Assembly: GCA_977030845.1 (NCBI GenBank)
Contig: OZ365111.1
Coordinates: forward strand, 44,702,001 to 44,766,000
Direction of reading: 5' to 3'
Length of the DNA: 64,000 bases
From: Fimbriosthenelais zetlandica
Taxonomy: Eukaryota
A model generated the notes under the pieces. It was not told the DNA's origin. It was given only the letters and a program-made list of their open reading frames with translations, and searched no databases. Position numbers and translations under genes: made by a program. Positions 14,042 through 25,028 of the stretch are shown piece after piece. Within the stretch, counting starts at the first letter, position 1. Each line of letters opens with the position of its first letter.

Positions 14042-17000
14042 TAGTTTTGTTCAGAATCTTCCATGCACTGTTTTTTTTCATGTGAGAGATCCTACTGTTG
14101 TGTTGGGGTGTAAACTGACTAGTGCAAGGCAATGAAAATTGGCAGAGACATTTTATTGTGCGAATCCCTTAATGTGATCAAGTACGTGCTGAGTCGACTG
14201 TGCAGCCCATCACCATGCATTTACTTGGCTGTAGAATGTAGCCTGAGTTTGGAGCAGGAAACGCACCATCTGTTAGGTGTTAGCTTCAAATTGCTGCCCA
14301 ATTCCAGAGAAAAGCAATACGTCTCACTGTCTAATGAGGCATCTAGGTCTACCAAAGTAACACATTTGGATGTTCTCTTAACGGAATTATCAAATTTCTA
14401 TCGTCACTTACGATCACATTTTTCTCTGTTTAAGAGGAAGGACATATGAGAAGCATGAGTAAGTGGAATTAGAAAAAAATAGAAAGGACAGTTCTGCCAG
14501 TTGCTATACGAGGCAATACAGTTGAATGGTGCCTTAGCGAAACATTACTTTCGCCATAAAGGAAATCATCACTTAACTCGAAACTCTCAGGGTTGGCAGT
14601 TTGCATACTAGCAGAAAGCATTGTGGGATTTACTGCCTTTGGCAATATTCTTTTATTTTTGTGTAGGCAAATGGTGCAAATGACGAAAATACAAAGGTTC
14701 ATATAAACAAATGAGCAATATTTCTAATGTCTTTATGCACTCTACAGACTATAGGCTTCTCGCACTTTATATCTAACCTACAAGAAGGATCTTTGACATT
14801 GTTATCAGGGAAAAACTTGTTATTTGTTAATTTTGATCCTATGGACAGAAACGAATAACAAGTTATTTCGAGCTTACCATTGACTTCAGTGCCCTTTATG
14901 TCATCAACCTATAGTAAATTCCCTTCTTTGAAGAACGTAATAGGATATCAAATCCTGCATGAGGTCTTCCGTACCTTCCAAGAAGCTGTTACAATGATCA
15001 CAGGCTTTGGTGAATTAGTACCACCTATAGCTAGGCCTATATCATCTGCTTGTCTTGATCAAAGGTGTGATTTTGCCAGTGTGTTGTATGTTGCCTTTCG
15101 CCCACACTGCATATACCATGCTATATTATCATAACCTATATAGTAAAATGATCCTTTAGTTCAAAGTCAACCCATAAGAACTATATGCACTGACCCTTAC
15201 AGAAGAGTAAGTTGTTCGTGTATCTATATGGAAGGGATAAACCCTGATAAATATCCATGGACGATGGCCAGTGCCAGTCCCGTGCCAGTGATCAGCCTAA
15301 ATCTTTGCTTAATGTATCAATGTCAAAGAGCACGGAACTCTATCAGGGGTGATAGATCGTTCGCCTGATATAGACCATGTAAGTGAATGAATTCAGCTCT
15401 TGCTGATGTACTCCATCCGAAACCTAGCAATTAGGGAGACCATTATGTTCCGCAGAGGGTTGCCATGAGATACATCCGCTTGTCAACCTTGTATGTACAT
15501 GGAAACATTCAGCTGATTGTGTTCATTAAGGGTACCTCTGAGAGAGGCATGCTTGTTGATTTTATTCACAGCATCTGATCGAGGAAAACTGTGCTTAGCT
15601 TAGAGTGCTCCCTTAACAAGTATGTTAGCACAGGTACTAATGTTCATCTCTTAATGAAATGTTATTCTGTCTTGTCAAAGGTTATTGTATTTGGTTATAG
15701 GAAAAGTAAATGCTCAGCGATTTGCTACAGTGATTTGGTTTTCATTGATTATTGCTTGGAATCGGGCTGAATTATTGTGACCATAATGATGTGTATACTA
15801 AAGTGGATAGAACCCACCCTCGTCAAGCCCTCGACTTTATTATTGGCATAATCACCGCTGGGGGCTTCACTCGTCCAGTCATTATCTACTAAGCAGATCC
15901 TCGATCTGTTTTTCTTTCTGAAAACATTGTATCATACACATATAGTATGTCCATGATTGTATATCAGTCACTGTACAGTCTTGATTCGATGCTCCAGCCT
16001 CAAAATTGACTGATATTTTCCACGATGTCATTCTTGAGGTTTTCTTGACGGGTAGTTTCACGGTGCTCTAATGTTCTATGACCTTTACACTAAGTGCTAC
16101 AGATATATATGTGATTGCTCTCGTCCACTCTGTTGTATGAAGCTTTTCCTCACAGACATTTTTCCTATGGCACCTTCTCTTCCTCCTTAACCTTTAGCGT
16201 CAGAAAGTCCCTGCTCTATTTTCTATTGTTTCACAGAGTAATGGTAAACTTCCAGACCCAATACACTCCACTTTATGCTCTCATAAAGCCTCAAATCTGA
16301 CATAAATTCCATTTGTGGCTCAGTCCTTTGCTCGTGCTCACTCTCATGGTCACTTGACACATCCCAGTGCATGAATACATGGAAAGCCCTCCATACATAC
16401 AGATGAGGTATTTAATTCAGCTTGACACTTCCACACACTAACACAAATCTCCAGGGCTTTTTCTTTTGTAGCTTTCGAGTTACCTTCTTATGTAAATATT
16501 CAGATGAAAGGTTCGGTGATACTACATGTCACAGAAGAGGTAAAGCTTTATTGTCTTTTATGAGCCTTTAGAAGCTTTATTTTTTATCTTCCTTCGTTTG
16601 TTCTCGTTGTAAAACCAGTGTACAAATTAATGGCAGGTTTTAATCGACAACTCACCAGGGGATGTTTTTGTAACCAGTCTGTCATAAGTGAACCAAATTC
16701 TGGCGCTTTTAACTAATGAAAAATCCTTCCAACTTCACAGCTACATTTGACCTGATGATGTATATGAGAATTTTATATTACTATATTCAGTGTCCAATCG
16801 ATCAGTCTGTATTCATTTACTCTCATGTACCTTTATTCTTTTTCCTTCTGTCTCAATGTGCTTTTTGTTAAGACTACAGATATAGGCTAATTAGAACAAT
16901 ATTCGTGGTAACCCGAACCCTAACCCATAATACCTGCGTCATAATGACTGCGTCACACTGTAGCGATGTTACCACTGATGCGCCGATGTTCAAACGATCA

Positions 17001-18447
17001 GGGCCGAATTTGAAAATTTACATATATTTGTGTATCCACTTGGGATCAATTCCGGGACAGTATGACGTAGGCATTACGCAACTGCCCCTACCAGGGGTCC
17101 TCTTGCATTGCAATAATTGAATAGCAACTTGATCTGTGAGAGACAGCCCTGAACAGACAGCCCTGAACCCGTGCTGTGGTTGGTGACAATTGCAAGCCGA
17201 GATGTCAAGACTTCGTTTTGCAAATATCACTGCCTGCTGCACATGGTTCTTTAACATCGGAGGATGGGAACCATCATTGGAGAGGACACTCCACCCGGAT
17301 CATTAGTTGATTCTAAACTAAGTGTTACGTGGAAAACATGCACAAAATGGTGCTGCGTGAAAAACAGTCCTAGATTTTCTTTCTTTTGTCGTTTTGTATT
17401 CTGCAGTTTTCTGGAAATGGATGAAATTCAATGAAGGGGAATTGTTATGGATTCTCACTCTGATAGCATTTGGTTTGATTGACTCATAATATGTTTGCCT
17501 TGACTGATTCATTCTTGCTCTAATAGACTTTTAGTTTGACTTACTTTTACTGATGAGCCAGTAGGATATATTTTATTCCTCTAATAATATATTGATTGAG
17601 TTGTGAGGTCTGCCTCAACTTTCTGAATCTTTTGCTGTACCACCCCACCCGTTCTACCTCTTGCCCTTGCCATACCCTTGGAATAATATGGTATATCCCT
17701 CGTAAAATTAACCATAAATTTCTCCATGAAGTAGAAAACCACCGGCTAGGATGCTCTTACTAATGTATATTAATGATAAAAGAACATCTTCTATGTTCTG
17801 ACAGAGAAAGCCTTAATGGTTTGGCTGTCAGAGGAGGGAGAACAAATCTGTTTACTTCACCATAGGACTAAGAGTTAAGCTATAGACCATGGGGCTTTCG
17901 CTGGATTGCTGGTGGCTGTTGATGGTGCTATGGAGGTGTTTTAGCAGGAGGAAAGCAAACTATTATTTCTATCTCAGCTAGGACATGACTTACCCAGAGT
18001 AGGTAGTAATCTTCCGTCACTGACTATGAAATAGGGGTCATACTGTAGGGCAGTTATCCCCACCACCTCCCTCCCCATCTACCTTCCAGATCATACATAT
18101 TGTATTATCAATGTATTGTACGAATTGAAAATGGATGCACTCTCAGTGGAATAAGATTCGGTATTCTATCCACCACATCCACACACCTACGGAAATTGCA
18201 AGCATATTCCTGAAAAGCAGAGCTAATCATCTTGGACAAAATTCACAATAAAGGATATGACATGGTATTCAGGGGATCGTGATAGATCCGACCATGCAGG
18301 CACAAGAAAGAAACTCTGAAATGTATGACTGACCACCCTCCCTCGGCAGAGCGAGTTCTAACCAATCTGGCCGAGTTTCTAATGAAGGAAAGACAGCCTG
18401 CCATGGGAGGATGTATGAAGTTGTGCGATAGTCTGATTACTGTAGCG

Positions 18448-18476
18448 GTGCCACCCGGAATGTGAGGTGACACGCC
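18448..18476 (+). mobile_element. Short GC-rich hairpin, probable Helitron/Helentron terminus (also at 62953-62981)
   Basis: GTGCCACCCGGAATGTGAGGTGACACGCC vs GTGCCACCCGCAATGTGAGGTGGCACGCC (27/29 identical); stem GTGCCACC/GGTGGCAC. Confidence 0.45.
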
Positions 18477-20168
18477 AAATTTTGTTTCAGGCCTATACGT
18501 TTCTCACTTGTTATGCATGGCCGGCATATCCAGACAATATATAGATACCTACTGCACCCAGACCCAAACAGAATCATATATTATTATATGAAACGTACCC
18601 CATATTTCACAAGGCAGAACAGTCCAGTAAGTGAGGAAAGAAGACGACAGAAATATCCTGGGTAAGAACGTGGGAAATGTATGGCCAGGAAACGTGGACA
18701 AGTGTATATGCAGGATGCCACCCATGGCTGCTTCACCACTTTGTCCACTAACACAAAAGCTTATTGAAATCCCTCCCACTTGTACTTCCTGGTCCTCTGT
18801 CAATAAAACGCAGGACATTGATGGACTTCCCAGGCAGCTTTCCGTACATGTATACCTACTATTGTAAGTGTCTTATAACAAACATTCTACATTAGCCATT
18901 GGTGTGTCGATGTGCTTATATTTCTCAAGATATAGTATATGCCAAGACCGGCTCAAGTCATTTTAAGAAATCTTAGGTTAGAAATAGATTTATGTATTTT
19001 CATGTTGAAATCATCGAGCAAAAATCATTTTTGCCTGGTGTTGAAATTACTATATATATATATGTATATAATACAAGTTGCAATTAATTTGTCTCTCATC
19101 AAATTGACTTGTACAAGTATAATATATTTATGAATTGCTTGAACCCCGTCATTGAATTGGTAATTTTGCCCAATAATTGATCCTCATTTCAAAGCTCAAG
19201 TGATTAAATGTGTGGTAAATTTTCAATAATGGGAATGACCAATCAATAATTCAGTGTTGTAACCTCCACACAATCGTTAAACCATTCTTCATCCAATACT
19301 TATTGCAATATTGGGGAACATTTCCCTGTTGCAGACAAAGAATTTTTGTAACATAGATAATTTGGAAATGTTCCCCAAGCCATTACTTTGAATGCTTAAA
19401 CAGGGTTGTGTCTGATGAAAATACACTTTCATTAGGCCTTATTACATCTTGGTGCAGGAGGAGTTCTTAGAAAGCATCTACATCCATACATTTGCATAAT
19501 GTTCATTCTTTTCTACATAATATTATTGAGCGCAAGGCTGTGTATCCTTATAATTTCCCAGAATCAGAAGAACCAACTCAGAAGTAAATTGCATAGGCTA
19601 TGTGATATCGTGTAAATTAGTCTGTCATCATTATTTATGGTTTGGACACGATATATCAAGAGGAAATGAATGATATGGAGCTGTCAGATAACATGCCTGC
19701 ATGCACCCCATTCACTGATGAACAACCAGGATAAGAAATACGTGAAAATAACTTAATAATGAATTTAAGTTACTCAAAATGATGCCATTGAAAGGTTTCT
19801 TTAAGTCTCATTAAAACCCACCTTAATGAGTTGTGATGTTGTTTAATTGTATAATATGGACGTAGATGATATTCATGCATGGTGTTCAATAGGATTACTT
19901 TACATACCTCTGCCATAACAAGATGAATTTTGTTATTGCAGGAAGGATTACTTCTCTGCCCATCCCTGGATACCCAGCATTAGAAACATTTCAACAGGGA
20001 ACCAAACAGGGCAGCCCAATACACAAACACCAATTACAGAGGAGCAAGTGTTAAAGAAGTGCTAAATCAAAGATTTCAGCAAGCTTCAAAGCATACGATT
20101 CAACCACATAAAACCTTCAATTCTTCATAACATTTTCTTAATTTGTTCTTGTATCCCTCAAACTGGCG

Positions 20169-21311
20169 TTGTGTGGTAATGGCCAACATTATTATGATCC
20201 TAATAGGGGTATCACAGTGAATATCAGTGGCAACATTCCCAATCAAAGCATTGATACAGGGCAAGCAAGGATTGACCTTTTCTCGGCACCAGAAACTATG
20301 GAGGAGAGGTGTGAACAATTCGAATTTATTGTGTGCACCATCGTCATAGGCCTGCTTTGTTTTCTAGGTCTTCTTGGTAATGTGACATCGTTTTTGGTCC
20401 TCCGGAAACACAAGTCCGAAACCGCCACCATTTTCCTGCTGCAGGTTTTAGCCGTGTCTGATTCCATCCTGTTGTTGTGCAGCTTCTTGGTGTATACACT
20501 CTCGTCACTGTACCCACTGACTGGAGGGTTACGTGAGCTATTTGATAACTGTAGGATCCTGCAGACCTATATATGGCCAATCTCACTCATGGCACACACA
20601 ACAACGATATATGTTACAGTCTTGGTTACCTTAAACAGGTACTGTGCTGTCTGTAGACCAGCTCTCCCACTGGGATCTTATTTCTTGCAAGCCACCAGAC
20701 TCCAAGTCATCGCCGTGGTGTCCTTCTCTATCCTTTACAACACTCCCAGGTTCTTTGAACATCAAGTTATGCGCGTGGAATACGGAGGCAATGGAAACAA
20801 CAGCAGTGATACATCAGGAAATGTCACATATATCAATGTGGGAGATAATAAAATCTACCAGATTGTCTATTCCAACGTGCTCTATTTCCCAGTTATGTAC
20901 ATTATACCTTTGATCAGTTTAACCTGCCTTAATTACAGGCTCATTAGCGAACTGAATCAGATCAGAGTGAAGAAGGAGGCCTTGACAGGACACAGGGCTA
21001 GAGAAGATCATATTACTCTAGTTATCATCGTCATTGTCTTTGTATTTATTGTATGTCAGACACCTGCCCTGATCAATCAGATCTTTTGGGCAGCTACTGA
21101 CCATGAGGACAGAGAATGTGGCAATTTCCACTTCTACTACACTAAGATTTCCGACGCTCTGGTGGTTCTCAATTCCTCAACGAATTTTGTCATTTATTGC
21201 CTGTTTGGCAAGTCTTTTAGACGTGCCTTTATTGAAGCCATCTGCAGGAGACCCATGAATCGGCCGAGGAATATCGATGACCCCTCAATCCAACCCTTAC
21301 ATGATCTTTAA
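20169..21311 (+). CDS. Class A (rhodopsin-like) peptide GPCR, FMRFamide-receptor-like; single coding exon; start codon uncertain
   Basis: Seven hydrophobic helices with family motifs: GLLGN (TM1), LAVSD (TM2), LNRYCAVCRP (TM3), YNTPRFFE (TM4/ECL2), YIIP (TM5), CQTP (TM6), NSSTNFVIY (TM7), GKSFR (helix 8). First in-frame ATG is 20298; the frame is open from 20142. Upstream acceptor TTGCAG|19942 probably starts the exon. Confidence 0.9.
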   Translation: MCGNGQHYYDPNRGITVNISGNIPNQSIDTGQARIDLFSAPETMEERCEQFEFIVCTIVIGLLCFLGLLGNVTSFLVLRKHKSETATIFLLQVLAVSDSILLLCSFLVYTLSSLYPLTGGLRELFDNCRILQTYIWPISLMAHTTTIYVTVLVTLNRYCAVCRPALPLGSYFLQATRLQVIAVVSFSILYNTPRFFEHQVMRVEYGGNGNNSSDTSGNVTYINVGDNKIYQIVYSNVLYFPVMYIIPLISLTCLNYRLISELNQIRVKKEALTGHRAREDHITLVIIVIVFVFIVCQTPALINQIFWAATDHEDRECGNFHFYYTKISDALVVLNSSTNFVIYCLFGKSFRRAFIEAICRRPMNRPRNIDDPSIQPLHDL

Positions 21312-21954
21312 AATGTATTTGCCATAGATAATATTTAGAATATATATATGTAATATTCTAAATTTATAGTGTATGCGACTCTTATATAAGATACCACCGG
21401 ATACTAATGCATCTCGTTGTATAAAACAGCCCCAGAATTCATTTTTGATTCTGTAGATGCATATATATGCCTGAGATACTTTATATTAAATGTGCATGAC
21501 TCGTATCTTCTCATTATATTATATCAGGTTGATTGTTAAATTGATTACTTTCATTTTTTCATTTGTGAATATGACTGCAAGAAGCAGAAATGTCCTCAGT
21601 TATGGTGTTGTATAGGGCCCCATCCTCTCATCCTCGCTGCCGATACACTACTGAACGCATACTATTTTCACATTTATGAACATTTATATAAATGATGATG
21701 ATATATATATGAATATTAATTTTTATGAAATACAGGGGTGCGATATCAAGAACCCATTTATAAACAGAATAGAAATACCCTGCATGCATCTCCTTATCTG
21801 TAGGCCTGTATTTACGCAGTGATACATGTATTATGTGGGGGAATTTATTGTACAGGTGCCTGAATAATTCGTCATTTTAAAGGGATATGAATCACTATGT
21901 GTAATGTAAAGATAAATGAAGTTATTGTCCTTAGAGATTTGATATCATTGGGTT

Positions 21955-22081
21955 AGCCAATCAGAATGAACAATATATGGTTCCTGTTCCTGTCTTTCCC
22001 ACTAGAGGCCACCTTTGTACCTCTCTACTTCTATGGTTCTAAGCAGATTTAGCAAGCAGGGATTGGCGAACTCAGATTGGC
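21955..22081 (+). repeat. Dispersed repeat, copy 2: CCAAT box - CTCF-like motif - inverted CCAAT box
   Basis: AGCCAATCAGAATGAA 21955-21970, CCACTAGAGGCCACC 21999-22013, TAGCAAGCAGGGATTGG 22050-22066, CAGATTGGC 22073-22081; matches 5886-5974. Confidence 0.6.
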
Positions 22082-23142
22082 CGACGATCACAGTTGATTA
22101 TGGAAAACGTCCCTTCCTGGTGCGACATGGCCATCAAATTAAAGTTTATAATGATTTTCTTGGTATTACCCTTAGCATATTGCATAATTATTATATAGAC
22201 ACCAAGTTTTAAGAGTAAAATTCTGATGCCAGGATACAAATGAAGCCCCATTTAATGTAGGTGTTTCATATCCATTTAAAATACATTAACGAATTCAAAC
22301 ATTTTGCATTGTAGCGTGTAGTTGCATGTTGTAATTTTTAATATTCATGTATACTAAAACAAACTGGCCCAGTACCCTGAACAATTATGCGTATTACAGA
22401 TAAAAAATATTAACAAAACTGAAGTTGGCTAAAAAGCAGTGTGAATTTAAACATGGACCAGTTTTCGTGTTAATTCTATGTTTGCGCCTCCAACCGGTTC
22501 GCGCACAAACTAAACTGATATGAGACCATTAGTGTCTATCTGGGGCCTGATTAAAAAATAACGGTACTTTTTTTACATCGTTAATTATTTGAGCGAATGT
22601 GGCACATCTTCCGTTTGAAATGGGCCCACAACTACGAAAACAGAAATGAAATGAAAAATAACAAAATGATTGTACATTCCTGGGGCACCTGATATTTATT
22701 CTGAGAGCATGTGAAATAAATGTTTATATATGGTATGGTATGAAACGATAATATATATATGATCAAATTGGTGTATATGTAAAGTATAGGTAGGGTAAAA
22801 GAAAGAAACTATGTAAAAGTAATTCTATACCAAATATTTACCAATTTTAGAAAGAAATTCATCGCGATGAGGTGCCTTATGTTATAATATGATATGTGCC
22901 CTTGTTTTGCAATAAAATATTTACCCTACCTGTTCCATTCTATTAGTCCATACTATATAGGCTAAAGCGAGATGTTCATTCATTACGTTATTATAATAAT
23001 TTCACAATAATTCCGTCCCGGCCTTGAACGTCTCAATACAATTTTGTAAATAGTAAAATAAAAATATCAGTCTCTGGGTATTCTGATATCACAAATCTCG
23101 ACTCACATAATGTACATATTTAGAATATCTTAAGTATCACAT

Positions 23143-24993
23143 CGAGGGTGTTATGCAATACTGTCGTATGTCAATAATTTTCATTTTTGACTTTATTTCA
23201 CCAAACACATTATTTAAATATATATTTTGATAATTTAAGTTAAAATGATTCAAATCCTATTGGAACCCCTAAATGTGGAGGGGTCGTATAACACTTTTTC
23301 TCTAAAACCGAGTTTTTTGTTATGCAATACTGTCGTATCTCCAGTTTCCTATTTTTGAGGCCTGCATCGAGAATGACGTTTTCTAATGAATTATGCATAA
23401 AAGTATAACCCAAACTTCAGCCCTTTCATGGCCCATGTCGGGTAAAAGCTGTGGGTAATCAAGTCATCTCCACAAATATGCATTGGAATGGGTTTCTCGT
23501 GTGATTTTTTGCCATTTTTACTGGTGCTGCCATCTTCTGGATGGCAACAACGTCTTGAGCAGACGACAGTAAGGTAGACGGGTGCACTTATGGAAAAAAA
23601 ACCACCTTACCCCCAAAAAATTGATACAAAAGGTTTTTCAACGGTTTTTGGTAGTATCAGGTGTGCTGAGTAACATACTAAAAGTCTACCAAAATCTGAC
23701 CACTGGTAACCATGGTAACGGCCATATTTCAAAATGGCTGCCATTCCGCACACAAAATGTCATCTTACTCTATAAATAATGGGTTTAGAGTTAATTTAAT
23801 CACACCTACCCCACTTAAAGTTGACCCAAGGAATTTAATGGTATGCACTATTTCTTAATTAAATGATTCTGTTGCCTGGCAACCAACGAGAGATTATTTA
23901 TTTGCCTAGCAACCGGCATAAATAATGGTCCCATGTAGAATCTAATCGAACCTACCCCCCTAAAAGCAACCCAAGGAATTTAATGACATGCACTATTTCT
24001 TAATTTAATGATTCTATTGCCTAGCAACCAACGAGAGCTTATTTTTTTGCATAGCAACCGGCATAAATAGTGTTGTATCATGACATATGACAGTTTTGCA
24101 CACTTAGAGCCAGGTTTGAAAAAAAATATTGGTCATGTAAAACTGTTGTATCATGACATACGACAGTTTTGCACACTTAGTGCCAGGTTTGAACAAAAAT
24201 ATGTGGAAAAATGGTTGCCATGGCAACCATATTTCAGCGTGTGCACCCTTTTAAAACTGGACATATATGTCTTTGCCATGACAATATTCAATATTATAGT
24301 GAATGGTCGACATACCTTATTCTAAGACTTCAAAATTAAATGTCATTGATCTACTATATTAACTACCCTTACTGATGCCTTGATAAGGCTTGTAGAAATG
24401 GTAAAAATCCAAAAGTATCATCTTCCGTTTCCATGGCCGTAAGGATGGTAATAATGGGTCGACATGGACAAATATGGTATCTACAGAAAGCTCTTGACAT
24501 AGAAAACATGATTCGATGGGTAAATTTAATTTTTGAATAGATTATCATGACCATCAAAAAGTGCTAATATACCCCAAAATCACACTTAAAACGGTTGCCA
24601 TGGCAACAGTTTTCGTATTTTAGGATGTGCACCCTTCTAAAATGAAAAGTAACACTCCCAGCTATGCTCATACAAAATTTGGTGATTTTGTACCAACTAA
24701 CTCCACTATTATCATGACATACGACAGTTTTGCACACTCACAGCCAGGGTCCAAGAACATTTTGGTTATGCAAAACTGTCGTATGTTCGTTTCCATGGAG
24801 AAGGAAGTGGAAAATAAATAATGTCGGATGCGGGTCAGAAAGTGCAAACAATTTTATGTTCTTTCTCAGAAAATGTTTTCTTTATCGACATTATTACGGA
24901 TACAGGAGGTCTTTAACTTTTACATTAATCTTTAATGTGCTCCACTCTAAAATGCCTAAAATGAAGATACGACAGTATTGCATAACACCCTCG
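23143..24993. mobile_element. 1851-bp non-autonomous DNA transposon with 27-bp perfect TIRs and 4-bp TSD (Sola-like by TSD length; superfamily uncertain)
   Basis: TIR CGAGGGTGTTATGCAATACTGTCGTAT at 23143-23169, revcomp at 24967-24993; ACAT duplicated at 23139-23142 and 24994-24997. Internal copies of TGCAAWACTGTCRTAT occur in both orientations (~23323, 24085, 24158, 24719, 24769). Internal tandem duplications of ~147 bp (23805-24065) and ~73 bp (24070-24200). No transposase ORF. Confidence 0.8.
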
Positions 24994-25028
24994 ACATGTA
25001 TTTGCCTGTATGATCAATCAAGATGTTT

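Noticed and set aside
15339-15356. tetO-like palindrome TCTATCA-GGGG-TGATAGA
   Set aside because: Wrong spacing for tetO, no vector or bacterial context; a chance palindrome.
539-17512. Numerous 60-105 aa ORFs in the first 17.5 kb and in introns
   Set aside because: Lengths are as expected by chance in six frames, many start at non-ATG codons or derive from repeats, and none shows domain similarity.
18200-18870. Fragments faintly resembling reverse transcriptase or a piggyBac cysteine-rich tail
   Set aside because: No complete motif in any frame; the resemblance is subjective.
20740-20860. GPCR lacks the ECL2 cysteine of the usual class A disulfide
   Set aside because: As I recall, FMRFamide-receptor-like proteins commonly lack the canonical TM3-ECL2 bridge, so this is not distinctive.
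22788-22931. 12-bp inverted repeat AGGTAGGGTAAA / TTTACCCTACCT
   Set aside because: Too short, with no TSD or second copy to call a MITE.
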